Shown here in pieces: positions 40,713-54,240 of a stretch of DNA of 64,000 nt. A model generated the notes under the pieces. That model had not been told where the DNA came from and did not search any database. It worked only from the letters and a program-made list of their open reading frames with translations. Each line of letters opens with the position of its first letter. Positions within the stretch are counted from its first letter, which is position 1. This stretch comes from Octopus vulgaris (Eukaryota), in NCBI GenBank assembly GCA_951406725.2, contig OX597814.1:108748001-108812000 (forward strand). Direction: 5' to 3'. The position numbers were made by a program, and so were the translations under genes.

Positions 40713-41104
40713 ACTTGTTTCAGTCATTTTGACTGCGACCATGCTGGAGCACCACCTTTAATCGAGCAACTCGACCCCGGGACTTATTCTTTGTAAGCCC
40801 AGTACTTATTCTATCGGTCTCTTTTGCCGAACCGCTAAGTAACGGGGACATAAACACACCAGCATCGGTTGTCAAGCAATGCTAGGGGGACAAACACAGA
40901 CACACAAACACACACGCACATACATATATATACATATATACGACGGGCTTCTTTCAGTTTCCGTCTACCAAATTCACTCACAAGGCTTTGGTCGGCCCGG
41001 GGCTATAGTAGAAGACACTTGCCCAAGGTGCCATGCAGTGGGACTGAACCCGGAACCTTGTGGTTGGTAAGCAAGCTACTTACTACACAGCCACTCCTGC
41101 GCCT
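40713..41104 (-). mobile_element. Young full-length tRNA-derived SINE with poly-A tail
   Basis: Head GGCGCAGGAGTGGCTGTG..GGTTCAGTCCC, CpG-rich, poly-T at 40695-40712 on the plus strand. Confidence 0.9.
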
Positions 41105-42297
41105 ATATACTGAAAATTAATTATCTTTACGATTTATTTACCAAAATTAATATCTATTTTCATGATTACTACCAAAGTATGTTTTATGAAATACATTTTA
41201 TTTTCTAAGTTTTTACTTTTTCACAAATAATATTAATCTTAGCATCACGTTACAATTTTATTTTTAAAGAAAAATTACAGATAGTCTTCATTTCACAGTT
41301 TATTTGATAGAAATATAATAATTAATATTTTGACTATTTAAATCAATACTTTGGTTTCCATTCATAACCAGACAACAGTTTCATCTCTGCGTAAGCTGAA
41401 ACAACAGTTCTTAAGCTTAAACTTTAATTATTTTTGTTTTTTGTTTAAAACCCTCATATAAATATTAATGTCATAAAACTTTGACTCATTTAATATCAAG
41501 AAATATGTTTTATTTGCTTTCTTTATTGAGTATTAATATAATTATCAAAGTTTGGACGTCAAGGTATTGACTTAGTAGAAGCCCACAAAATTACTCACTA
41601 TCTTTTCATCAATGATTTTGGTCACCTTTTTTAATTTAGTATCACTCGCAGACGCATGCTAATAAAATAAAATAAAAACAAGCCAGCACCCTTGACTTCC
41701 AGAAAAATTTTTTCATGATCTGAATTGCTAAACCCTGAAATAAACTACTCATATCAGTTCTTAATCTGTCTGGACACCACATTCTTTAAAAATTCCATCA
41801 TCATCATCATTGTTTAACATCCATTTTCCATGCTAGCATGGGTTGGACAGTTTGACTGAGGTCTGGATAGCCAGCAGCTGCACCAGGCTCCAATCTGATT
41901 TGGCAGTGTTTCTACAGCTGGATGTCCTTCCTAATGCCAACCACTCCAGGAATGTAGGGGGTGCTTTTTACGTGTCACTGGCAGAGGGGCCAGTCAGGTA
42001 ATCCTGGCATTAATCACATTTGGATGGTACTTTTTACGTGCCACCAGCACGGGAGCCAGTCAGGGGGTACTGGCGCTGGCCACGTTCGGATGGGGCTATT
42101 TACATGCCATCATCACTGGTGCCAGCCAGGCAGATCTGGCATTGACCATGTTTGGATGGAGCTTTTTATGTGCCACTGGCACAGGAGCCAGTCAGAGGGT
42201 ACTGGCCACAGCTATGATATTGGTTTTACTTGTCTCAACAGGTCTTCTCAACATTATTTACATTTGACAGATATCTGTCCTCATCTTGTTTGTTGTT

Positions 42298-42343
42298 AAC
42301 ACAATGTTTCGGCTGATATACCCTCCAGCCTTCATCAGGTGTC
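42298..42343 (-). ncRNA. Minimal type I hammerhead motif
   Basis: GACAC-CTGATGA-AGGCTG gagggtatat CAGCC-GAAAC-ATT-GTGTT; inverted copy at 42919-42964. Confidence 0.75.
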
Positions 42344-42456
42344 TTGGGGAAATTTCAAACCTGGGTTCTCATTCCTAAAGTATGTTGTTGTTGTTATCTT
42401 TTCATTTTTGGATTTGGTTTGCAAGATTCTTTATATGAGTTCGTGTGTTGAAGCAT

Positions 42457-42727
42457 ATTCTATTGTGTCTGGGGAGAGTCATTTTCTTTTTGTGCCTTAT
42501 TATGTAACACACTCACCGGTAAAATTTCCACTTTTTTCTTATTTTTATTGTCCTAAAATTTTCGTTGCATCTTGCAATAGTTTTGAAAAGGTTGCAAGTC
42601 TTGAAAAGGTTGCAAGACGTAACAAAAATTTTAGGACAATAAAAATAAGAAAAAAGTGGAAATTTTACCGGTGAGTGTGTTACATAAGGCACAAAAAGAA
42701 AATGACTCTCCCCAGACACAATAGAAT
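42457..42727. repeat. Nested palindrome with hammerhead-like motif near the apex
   Basis: About 120-bp arms; GTC-TTGAAAAG-GTTGC aagac GTAAC-(G/A)AAAATTTTA-GGAC. Confidence 0.9.
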
Positions 42728-44799
42728 TGTTGTTGTTGTTATTATTATTATTATTATTATTCAGGTCACTGCCTGGAATTGAACTCGGAATCTTGGGGTT
42801 AGTAGCCTGCGCTCTTAACCACTATGCCATATGCCTGTGGGCATATGGCAATAATAATAATAGTACTGACATCGAAAAATACCTTAGGAACGAGAACCTA
42901 GATTTGAACTTTCCTCAAGACACCTGATGAAGGCTGGAGGGTATATCAGCCAGAACGTTGTGTTAACATCAAACAAGATGAGAACAAATATCCGTCTAAT
43001 GTACATAATTCCTCATCTTTTAAATCTAGAACTGTAGGTCTTCTCAAGTATGTCATATTGCCTGATGCATCAAGGGCTGGAGATGCATGGCTGTGATCTC
43101 ACTTTAGTTGCCAAGTCTTCTCAATCACATCATATCTCCAAAGGTCTCAGTCTCCTGTCATTGCCTCTGTGAGGCCCAATGTTTGAAGGTCATGCTTCAC
43201 TACCTCATCCCATGTCTTCCTGGGTCTACCTCTTCCACAGGTTCCTTCCATGATTCCCAAAATTCACCAACATTACTCCTGATGTACCTATCCATCTTTC
43301 CATCTTTATGACTCTTTTAATGTTCACTTTTCTATCTTTTTGTATGTACTTGTAGCTTTTATTGCTGTCTTTACTTATATGTCTGCTTTCTGTTCCCTCT
43401 TTTAACCTTTCCTGACAAGTTGTAGCGCATCTGAGCCCTGTATACAATAAGCTTATTATTATTATTCTGTTGAGGTCATCTTTGTCTTTCATCCTTTCAA
43501 GATCAATAAAAAAAATACCAGTTGAATACTAGGGTCAGTGTTGTAGTGGGAATATTTACCAGTCAGATCACTATATCCTATGTCGCAATTTGCTAGAATA
43601 TTACCCGTGTCATCAAAAAGATCTGATCAATCAAGAATTTGCATAGAACAGGCTCCAATGGCAATTTCATCTTTTGGTTTGCTTCTTTCTGTGCCTAGCC
43701 ATCAAAATATATTCAGTGCACCTTAGATATTTAGACAAACGGTAAGGAGATGAGATGGCAGACAGACAGCAAAGAGACAGTGGACAGCAGTTAAAGCAAG
43801 AGATATTAGATGTTAGCATGGCCAGCAGCTAACCACATTTTTACCACTGCTACAATCACACAAATCCAAGAACAATTATCTCCAAACTCTGTTGATGTTT
43901 TGTCATTCATAGCAATGACCACATTTTTTTTTGTTTACGAAAAGTATTTTATTTATCAAAAATCTCAACAGATATCAGTGTTTTTCTTTGAAACAAGTGG
44001 TGACCCGAGTGTATGATGAACATTTCACAACCTCATCTTTGTAACAAGTAGTAACCCTGAAGGAAGAATATGACGCAACCTAGAACTTGCTGATGACCTT
44101 GTTTAAGGACATTGTGCAGCTTTGCAAGGTGAAAAGCACTGCCATTACACAGCTTACCAATACCTTATGAATTCACATGAACAACATCGATATGTCCCTG
44201 AGAAAATTATCTCCCCAGGCAACTTTTCTCTGCCATTGTAGCCTTGCTGTGCCATCACCATCTCTGTCAGTGAAGCCCTGGTGATCAGGTCCCAAACATG
44301 CTTCTTATCATCACATCAAACGTTTTCAGCAACACTGCTTAGATGCCAGTCTGCCACCTGCAACATCAACCTGAACATTTGCACAACCAATATCAGTACG
44401 TTCTTCCACAGATGCCTCCATCTGCTCCAGTGACAAGAATAAGATAAGTCAATATGTTTTCTCAGGGCAGTTTGAAAAAACACTGTTTTCTTTATCAAGA
44501 TTATTACTTCTTTCTTACTGCTTTCTCCTTACTGCTCATTAACACATACGTCTGAATACATTTTTACATTGCATACACTTCAGCATGCACACATTCACAT
44601 CTAAAATGCACACAAACACCCAGAAACCTGCACAGCATGTTCATAGACACTTAGCAAACACATTCTCATTGCTAGCAGTATACATCAAATTACTATGGAT
44701 AGAAGATGCAATCCTACTTTGGCTGCTTTTGTTCAGAAGCTTGGAAATAACTGAATTGGTTCACTATACTGACCCACTGATAATCAATGCAAATGCACA

Positions 44800-47015
44800 C
44801 ATATTCATCAAGAAATTTGATGAGAGGGAGGAGGAGCTTCAGACGTCGGACATAGAAGGTAGCTGGGAATTCCTACGGGACAGCTTGCTGAGTGCCACAG
44901 ACCGAGTCTGTGGATGGTGCAAAGTCCCTTCCAGACCTAGAGTTACGTGGTGGTGGAATAGTGCAGTAGACAAAGCCATTAGTGCAAAGAGATGAGCCTG
45001 GAGGGATGGGGGTAGCAGGGAACTGTACCAGGTAGCCAAAAGGGAGGCTGGGCGGCAGGTATACATAGCCAAAGATGTAGCAGAAAAGAAGAAGTTTGCC
45101 AATGTCCAGCGATGTGAGGACCAAAGAGCTGAGGTATTTCGGATTGCCAGACAGTGTGTCAGAGAAAATAGTGATGTTACAGGAGAGAAATGTGTCCGCA
45201 TGGATGATGGGGCACTTGCTTTTACTGTTAGTGAAAAGAAAGAGGCTTGGAGAAGCCATTATGAAAGACTGCTGAATGAGGAGAATGAATGGGAGGAGGA
45301 GAGCCTGCCAAATGTTGACCCAGTAGAGGTACCAGCTACCCAAATAGACAGCTCCCTTGTAGTTAAGGCAATTAAGGATATGAAACCAGGTAAAGCCCCC
45401 AGCCCATCAGGAATCACTGCTGAGATGCTTAAAACAGCTGGCTATGTGGGCTATGGCCTAGTCACCCGCATTGTAAACCAGGTAGTTCATAATGGAGTCA
45501 TACCCAATGACTGGCGTAGCAGCACCATAGTCAACTGCTACAAGGGTAAGGGTGATGCTCTAGATAGAAATAACTACAGGGGTATCAAACTGTTGGATCA
45601 GGTGATGAAGGTCACAGAGAGGGTCATAACCCATCTCATTAGGGAGAGAATTTGCTTAGATGAGATGCAGTTCGGTTTTGTACCGGGTAGAAGCACCACT
45701 GATGCTATATTCCTGGTCCGACAACTGCAGGAGAAGTACCTAGCTAAAGATAAACCCCTCTACATAGCTTTTGTGGACTTGGAGAAAGCCTTTGACAGGG
45801 TTCCCCCGTTCCCTTATCTGGTGGTCGATGCGGAAACTGGAGATTGACGAATGGCTAATAAGGGCTGTACAGGCTCTATACAGAGAGGCTGCCAGCAAGG
45901 TTAGGATTGGCAACGAATATAGTGAAGAATTCCGGGTAGATGTAGGTGTGCACCAAGGCTGAGCCCTCAGTCCCCTTTTATTCATCATAGTCCTCCAGGC
46001 AATAACAGAGGAATTCAAAACAGGATGCCCCTGGGAGCTCCTCTATGCTGATGACCTGGCTCTCATAGCAGAATCACTACCGGAACTAGAAAAGAAATTT
46101 CGGGTGTGGAAGCAAGATTTGGAATCAAAGGGCCTTAGAGTAAATGTAGCAAAGACCAAAGTTATAGTAAGCAGAAAGGCGAACTCAGCACACACACCCT
46201 CAGGCAGGTGGCCCTGCTCGATCTGTAGGAAAGGTGTAGGTTGAAACTCCATAAGATGCACCCAATGTAAGCTATGGACGCACAAGAGGTGCAGCAACAT
46301 TAAAGGGAAATTAACAGATAAGATAGCTTTCATGTGCGGCAGATGCACAGGGACAATAGACACCACAGACACTCAGAAAACAGATTCCGTCACACTCCAG
46401 GGGGAGAAACTAGAAGTAGTTGATAGTTTCCGCTACCTGGGTGACCAAGTTAATAGTGGAGGTGGATGCACAGAGAGTATCACCACTAGAATACAAATAG
46501 CCTGGGCAAAGTTCAGAAAGCCCCTACCCCTACTGGCGACAAAGGGTCTCTTGCTCAGAGCGAAAGGTAGATTGTATGATGCATGTGTGCGAACTGCCAT
46601 GCTTCACGGTAGTGAAACATGGGCTGTGACTGCAGAGGACATGCGTAGACTTGAAAGAAATGAAGCTAGCATGATCCGCTGGATGTGTAATGTCAGTGTG
46701 CACACACGACAGAGTGTAAGCACCCTGAGAGAAATGCTGGATATAAGAAGCATCAGATGTGGTGTGCAAGAGCGACGCTTGCAATGGTATGGTCATGTGC
46801 TGCGGATGGATGAGGAGAGATGTGTGAAGAAGTGCCACTCCCAAACAGTTGAAGGTATCAGGGGGAGAGGTAGACCCAGGAAGACATGGGATGAGGTAGT
46901 CAAGCATGACCTCAGAGCGTTGGGCCTCACTGAGGCAATGGCGAAGGACCGAGATCTCTGGAGATATGCTGTGACTGCAAAGACCCGGGCTGCTTCCTGC
47001 ATCAGTTCCGCATAG
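44800..47015 (+). pseudogene. RTE reverse transcriptase ORF with stops and frameshifts, including a PHD-like finger
   Basis: ORFs 45200-45847, 45771-45962 and 46332-47015 are collinear; YADD near 46043. Confidence 0.9.
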
Positions 47016-47139
47016 CTCCTGCCCATTCAAAGTACCCTGGATCCCAGAACGTCCCACAGTGCTTGAGGAGACCTGTTGAGTCATGTACATGAACAATGAA
47101 CGTCGAAATAAATATCAATGGAAATAGTAGTTGTGATGC

Positions 47140-47430
47140 CTGTGCCGGTGGCATATAAAAAGCACTATCTGAACGTGGCCGATGCCAGCGCCGCCCCGAC
47201 TGGCTTCTGTGCCGGTGGCACATAAAAAGCACCATCCGAACATGGCTGATGCCAGCGCCGCTCCGACTGGCTTCTGTGCCGGTGGCACATAAAAAGCACC
47301 ATCCGAACATTGCCAGCGCCGCCTTGGCTGGCTTCCGTGCCGCTGGCACGTTAAAAGCTCCAACCGATTGTGGCCGATGCTGGACCCCCCCTTGGCACCT
47401 GTGCAGGTGGCACGTAAAAAAGCACCCACT
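47140..47430 (+). repeat. 67-bp tandem unit in the RTE 3' UTR
   Basis: CCGGTGGCA at 47145, 47212 and 47279; same units in tail copies near 6200, 8940, 10530, 15780, 17470, 21960, 28360, 31420, 41960, 51060, 51960 and 60090. Confidence 0.9.
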
Positions 47431-50324
47431 ACACTCGCGGAGTGGTTGGTGTTAGGAAGGGCATCCAGCTGTAGAAACTCAGCCAGATCAGACTGGAGCC
47501 TGGAGCAGCCCCTGGCTTCCCAGACCCCGGTCGAACCGTCCAACCCGTGCTAGCGCGGAAAACGGACATTAAACGATGATGATGATGATGATTCAAGGGC
47601 ACATGAATAAAATCGTTGATGTGGCCAATGACAGTACTGCCTGATTGGCTCTCGTGCCAGTGGAACGTTAAGAGCACATCCAAGTATGGGGTTGTAACCA
47701 CCCCACTTATGAGTACCCCTCATTCATTGGACAATGAATTTTGCTTGTGAAGACCTATCAAGGCAAGTGAAATCAAATTAAAATCACTGACTTAGCTGAT
47801 GACAGTACCACCCTTTCCTAATGCAAGCTCTTTTATATACTTTACATCTGCAATTCCTGCACTATTCTCATAATTTTGTTCAATTCATTATGAACAAACA
47901 TTTTCACTGGTAGGGGAGTCAGATAGCAGGAATATTTAGCAATCACATCACTATATCTGATATTGTGATTTGCTAGAATATTACCATGATGATGGTACAT
48001 GGAGAGCTGTGAAATATGTTTCTTAAGGAGAATATTGAGGAAAGCATGGACAGGTAAAGTGTCTAATGAAGAAGTGAAAGTGCTTCTTGCGTGCCACCAG
48101 CATGGGACCAGTCAGCCGGCACTACCAGAACATAGTCCTTTCTACTAAAGGCACAAGGCTTGAAATTTGGGGGACAGGGACTAGTCAGTTACATCAACCC
48201 CAGTGTTTGTTTCACTGGTACCTAATTTATCGCCCCCAAAAGGACGAAAAGCAAAGTCGACCAAAGCAGAATTTGAACTCAGAACATAAAGACGAACGAA
48301 ACACGGCTAAGCATTTCACCCAGTGGGCTAACGATTCTGCCAGTTCGTTGCCTTACCACCAGAATATAATGGCAATGAAAATTTCCAGTAGCTGTTTTTC
48401 CACATAGCCATAAAGACTAAAGGTGTTGATAGGGGTTATAATATTCCGGGGGGCGGAGGTGTAAGAGTATTAGTGATACAAGAGGAGAAGCTACAATCAA
48501 GAATAGAAACCAAACAGCATAGTATTTTATGGAAGGGCTTTACCTTCTTATCTCTAGTAGTTGCTATTATGTGGCTATTTGTTTGATAAAACTAGATTCA
48601 GACTTGTAGAATAGTGGAGAAAAATTATGTCAAAACTACATTTCCAACATTGTGTTTTAAACCTGGAAAATAATAGAATGTTCCGATAAAAATTTCTGTC
48701 AAATTGCAGACATAAAAGAATGGATATTATCTTTGGCTTAAAGAAAGAAAAAAATTCTATTGTTATGGAAATAAGTTGGCCAGTTAATGGGAATTTTACG
48801 TCAAAGGTCAGTGAAAAATGAGGACATTTACAGATAGTTGATGTAGAACCTGCAGCATTATATTCTGATTATAGGTTCTGGTTTATTATAATCTCTGGTG
48901 CCGTTTGATAGCAGTGATTGTGTTACTGAGTGCTTCAGAGGTAAACTTAACATGGAAATTCTCAAGAAATAAACAAAAACAAAACTACAGCAAATCATGT
49001 CCTCCAATAATAAACTAGTGAAAATATGAAATTTTATTTCTGAAGTGCTTCTGATTTATTGTATGAATTTCAACAAGAGAGATTTTTTCTCTCTTTATTA
49101 GAGACTGGTCCAGAGTTTGGTGAAGACATTTGAAAAGAAAAAAAAGAAACCAAAACACATTTTCTCTCTCCCTCTCTTTCTGTCTGTCTGTCTTTCTTTC
49201 TCTCTCTCTTTCTCTGTTGTTTTCTCTCTCTATCTCACACACACACACAACCACCCACGTACACACATGTGAGAATTGTCCATGGACAGGGACATGGAAT
49301 TCTGTGAAATAGAATGCTACAGGGTGGAATTGTAAACCCAATATATTTTATATTTACTCAGGCTAATGTATTGAGTTCTTATTTTTGCTTTGTTTGTAGA
49401 ATTATTGTGCATGTAATAACACATGCAAACATGCTACTATATATGTGTGTGTTTGTGTGTGTGCGTATGTGTGTCTGTCTCACTGCCTGTGTTGTGTGTA
49501 CAGTTTGATGCATGGCCACTATTGTATGAGTTAGAGCTCTATGTAGATTACCATCATCCGATCAGCTTCAAGTACAGTGGTTAGTCTACCACTGTATGTA
49601 GCAGTGTTACCAGTTATGGCATACAGAGAATATCTAGGGGAAATTAAGATAAAATTTATCTCCATTTTCACTATTTATATTTATTCATATATATATAAAG
49701 AGGAAAGAAGAACAAACAATGATAGATGACAGGAATTCATTTGAATGAGATGTTATGTGTGTCCAACCTATGCTAGTAGCATGGAAAGTGGACGTTAAAC
49801 GACGATGATGTTGATGATGATATATATATCTCATCATCGTTTAACGTCCGCTTTCCATGCTAGCATGGGTTGGATGGTTTGACTGTGGGCTGGCGGACCA
49901 GATGGCTGCACCGGGCTCCAGTTTTGATCTGGCAGAGTTTCTACAGCTGGATGCCCTTCCTAATGCCAACCACTCCGAGAGTGTAGTGGGTGCTTTTACG
50001 TGCCACCGGCATGGGGCCAGTCAGGCAGTACTGGCAATGACCTCACTCGAATTTTTTACACATGCCAACGGCACAGGTGTCAGTAAGGCGATGCTGGTAA
50101 ACAATCCTGCTCGAATGGTGCTTCCTACATGCCACGGGTACAGAAGCTAGTTAGCCGCTCTGGCAACGATCATGCTCGGCTGGTGCTCTTAGCACCCTAC
50201 TAGCATGAGGCACAAGTGCCAGTAAGGTGAAATGAAAATACACCTTGACAGTTGTTTCAAAAATTTAACAAATTATTGATATTATTATGCATATTATGCA
50301 AACAGGTTTACATAAAGTATCCAC

Positions 50325-51392
50325 TACCTAGGTGACCAAGTCTGTAGTAGGGGGGCAGATGCTCTGAGAGTGTTGCCACTGGAATAAGATTAGCCTGGGC
50401 AAAGTTCAGAAAGCTCCTACCTCTGCTGGTGACAAAAAGCCTCTCCCTCAGAGTGAAAGGTAGATTGTATGAATATGTGTGCGAACGGCCATGCTACATA
50501 GCAGTGAAACATGGGCTGTAACTGCTGAAGACATGCATAGGCTTGAAAGAAATGAAGCTAGTATAATCCGCTGGATGTGTAGTGTCAGTGTGCACACACA
50601 ACAGAGTGTAAGCGCCCTGAGAGAAATGTTGGACATAAGAAGCATCAGATGTGGTGTGCAAGAGAGACGACTGCGCTGGTATGGTCATGTGTTGCATATG
50701 GATGTGGAGAGCTATGTGAAGAAGTGTCACTCCCTAACAGTGGAAGGAACCTGTGGAAGCGGGAGACCCAAGAAAACATGGAATGAGGTGGTGAAGCATT
50801 ACCTTCAAATGTTGGGCCTCACAGAGGCGATGACAGGAGCCAAAACCTCTGGAGATATGCTGTGATTGAGATGACCCAGGCAAGTAAAGTGAGATCACAG
50901 CTGTAGCATATACCAGTGTCACATAACCAGCCCCCCTTAAAAAGTACCTTTGAATTATCAGGCGACATGCCATGCTTGAGGAGACCTATTGAGTCAAGTA
51001 AAATCAAAACCAAAAATCAAATGGAAATTGTAGTTGTGGCTGATGCCAGTGCCACCTGACTGGCTCCGGTGCTGGTGGCACACAATAAGCACCATTCATG
51101 CGTGGGTTGATGCCAGTGCTGCCTAACTGGCTTCCTGTGACGATGGCACATAAAAAGCACCATCTGAACAGGACCAATGCCAGTGCCACCTCACTGGCTC
51201 CTATGCTGTTGGCACATAAAAAGCACCCACTACACTCAGAGTGGTTCGTGTTAGGGAGGGCATCCAGCTGTAGAAACCTTGCCAGATCAGATTGGAGCCT
51301 GGTGCAGCCTCCTGGCTTGCCAGTCCCCAGTCAAAGCGTCCAACCCATGCCAGCATGGAAAGCAGATGTTAAACGATAATGATGATGATGAT
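50325..51392 (+). mobile_element. RTE LINE 3' fragment
   Basis: RTAMLHSSETWAVTAEDMHRLERNEAS closely matches 46590-46900; same tail. Confidence 0.9.
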
Positions 51393-52593
51393 AAAGAAGC
51401 AAAAATATTATCAACTTGCATGAAAGTGCCACCCAGTAAATCATACCAAAATGGACAATTGGAGCCTGGTGCAGCTCTCTGGCTTGTCAGCTCCTGTCAA
51501 ACCATCCAATCCATGCCAGCTTGGAAAACAGACCTTAAACAGTGGTTGTTGTTGTGTGTGTGTATGTGTGTGTGTGTGTGCGTGCGCATGTGCGTGTGCA
51601 TAGCTCAGAGATCAGAGAGTTTCACCAGGTCACTTTGCTATTTCTCCACACTGAGAGTTCTTAGCTCTGGTACTATGGACATGTGATTAGAATGTTGCAG
51701 GAAAGAATTGTAAGACAGATTCTTTGAGCCCAGCCAACCCGCAGGAGAGCTAGGGGTAGACCAAGAACAAGATGGTTGGATAATGCCCATACTCTCAGTC
51801 ATACTTGGGAATCCAGCTGGAAAGCCCCTAATGACATTTGGTTCTGATAGGTCTCTATGTAGATGCCGAAGGAATCTACCCCAACCCCCCCAGAAATAGT
51901 GGATGGATGGATATATTACAAATGCATTCTTGATAACTAGTTTAATAAGTTACTGGTGCATGAGACCCAGTCAGGTGGCACTGGCATTGACCATGCTCGA
52001 AAGGTACTTTTTACGTTCCATCAGCATGGGAGCCAGTCAGGCAGCACTGGCTTCGACTACGCTTGAATGGTGCTTTTTATGTGCTACCAGCATGAGAGCC
52101 AGTCAGGCAGCACTGGCATCAACCATGCTCAAATGGTGCTTTTTACATGCCACTGATACTGGCATCGGCCATGCTCGAATGGTGCTTTTTATGTGCCGCT
52201 GTTACAGGTGCCAGTTAGGCAGCACTGGCATCAGTCACGCCATTGATTTCACTTGACTCAACAGGTCTTAAGCATACTGGGTCTACAGCTCCCATACCAG
52301 TGGCACATAAACAGCAGCATTTGTGCATCGTCGATGCCAGTGCTACGGCTACGATCTCGTTTACCTCGCCGGGCCTTCTCAAGCATGCCAAGTCAAGTTT
52401 TTAGCCAACACTCTGTATAAACAGATATAAACACTTTATCTGAAGATTTCTTGTCACTTCCAGCCACTCTGCCCATCCATTCCATCAACATCCTTCAGGC
52501 CAGATCAATACTCTATTAACACCAATTCCTTTTTACTCAATTTCACTTCACTTCACATTTTTCAGTCAATTTCGTTTCTTATCCATTTTTTCA

Positions 52594-52812
52594 CCCTTTT
52601 TGATACCAACCTGCCTGTGATCACCCTTGGTTCTGTGATACAAATTTCCTGTTTAAGTAACCTAAATTAAAACCTTCCATCAAAATTTCATGTTACTTCA
52701 TGTTCCAAATACTAGCTTAATTGTGATGAAGTTGTTTTAATAAATTATTTCTTATTTTCAAAATTAATTGAAACATGGCTGTGTTTTACAACAGAAATAT
52801 GGTAACAAAAGG
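52594..52812. mobile_element. piggyBac-type MITE
   Basis: CCCTTTTTGATACCA...TGGTAACAAAAGGG-TTAA; related copy at 11613-11815. Confidence 0.7.
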
Positions 52813-54196
52813 GTTAATGTGATCTAAAAACCTTCTATCATATACACAAGTGTGTGTGTGTATTATAAAGCAAGATGAAGAAAATATGAATATTGGGAGG
52901 AGAGGTAGTGGGATATGGTGTGGCTGTTGATAAAATATGACAGATCATGAAAGACAGGAGAGGGTACCATATGGTTGTGTGTTTGTGATAGAGACAGAGG
53001 GACAATAGAAGGGGCAGCGCAGAGATATAAAATCAGTCACACTGATAAACTGGGATATAATGGTGGTGGTGGGAGGGGGGATATGAGAGTGGTAGACAGG
53101 CTGACAGACAGTCAGACTGACAGATGGTAGACTGATAGAGAGGTTTTGTGTGTGTGCATCTGCTCATGTGTAAAACAATAAGTACCTTTTGATCTTTTTT
53201 CTTTTTAGAAAAGAAATGCAAATTTAAACAGAAAATAAGGCGGCAGAGAGAGAGAAAGGGAGTGGGGAGAGGGGCAAATGACAATGTAGAAAGAGAAAGG
53301 GGGGGCAACTCATTATAGAGACACAGAAACAATAGAGAGAGAGAGATGGAAACAATTGAGAGACAGACAGACATAGAGACAGAAAGATATGCATGCGTGC
53401 GCGCGCACACACACATGCATACTATGTAGATAGAAAGATAGATGCAACCAATGTAGATAGAAGAAAAAGAAGAAGAGAGAGAGAGAGAGGGAGGGACAGA
53501 TAGACAATGTAGAAATAACTACAGACAAAATGGTGAGGAGAGAATGGGGGAGAGACTGACAGACAGACCCAGACAAAGGGGGAGAAAAGAGACACAATAG
53601 GAGAAAGAGAAGTTATGAGACAGTGGATGACATAAGCAAGCTGTGTGTGAGAGAGACTGAAAGAGAGAGGGGGAGAGAGAGAGAGGGAGTCTTAACTAGA
53701 CAGCATAATGAATATGTTTATAAGAGGGTGTATTATGTGGGTATATATGATAGAGGGAGAGAGAGAATGTGTGTGTGTGTGAGGAAGTGAGAAGTAGTGT
53801 GTGTCATAAGGAGAGATAGATAGGCAGAAAGTGTATGAGAGAGAAAGTGTGTGACTGGTAGAGTGTATATGTGAGAGAGAGAGATACAGACAGACACACT
53901 GTGGCTGTGTGAGAAAGACTGACAGGTAAAGACAGAGGTGCGTAGAAAGAGAGAAAGAAAAAAGGCAGAGGCAGGCAGAAGACTGAGAGGGAATGAGAGA
54001 AGAGAAAGAGAGAGGTAGGCAGAAGACAGAGAGTAAGAGAAGAGGAGAGAGAAAGCGAAAGAGAGAGGTAGGCAGAAGCGTGAGAGAGGGAGAGAGAGTT
54101 TATGTGTAGGAGTGTGAAAAATTAAGCCTGTTTCTGCAATATAGATTGTATCAGAGATAGAGAAAGAGAGTTACTGTGCGTGTGTTTGTGATAGAA

Positions 54197-54240
<44 letters not shown>

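Larger units (their letters stand above)
42252..43035. mobile_element. Second composite tRNA-head/hammerhead fold-back element
   Basis: 12-bp TSD AGGTCTTCTCAA at 42240-42251 and 43036-43047; tRNA-like head on minus strand at about 42770-42832; inverted tails. Confidence 0.85.
33130..43460 (+). repeat. Old ~2.1-kb tandem duplication (two units plus the start of a third)
   Basis: 33150-33780 ~ 35195-35770; 33780-33960 ~ 39865-40060; 33980-34350 ~ reverse complement of 40235-40600; 34590-35190 ~ 41125-41580; 43245-43460 repeats the first block. Confidence 0.8.
44780..47592 (+). mobile_element. RTE-clade LINE, 5' truncated, with 3' UTR and (GAT)n tail
   Basis: TWWWN, GKAPSPSGI, NYRGIKLL, QFGFVPGRSTTDAIF, FVDLEKAFDRV, GVHQG, LYADDL, FRYLG, GSETW, GRGRPRKTW. 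Confidence 0.95.

Noticed and set aside
47140-47430. CRISPR-like regular repeats
   Set aside because: The units are full tandem copies with no unique spacers, there are no cas genes, and the context is a eukaryotic LINE UTR.
48875-48940. 66-nt AG-GT bounded open segment (VLVYYNLWCRLIAVIVLLSASE)
   Set aside because: The splice signals are mediocre and there is no recognisable homology, so it cannot be supported without RNA-seq.
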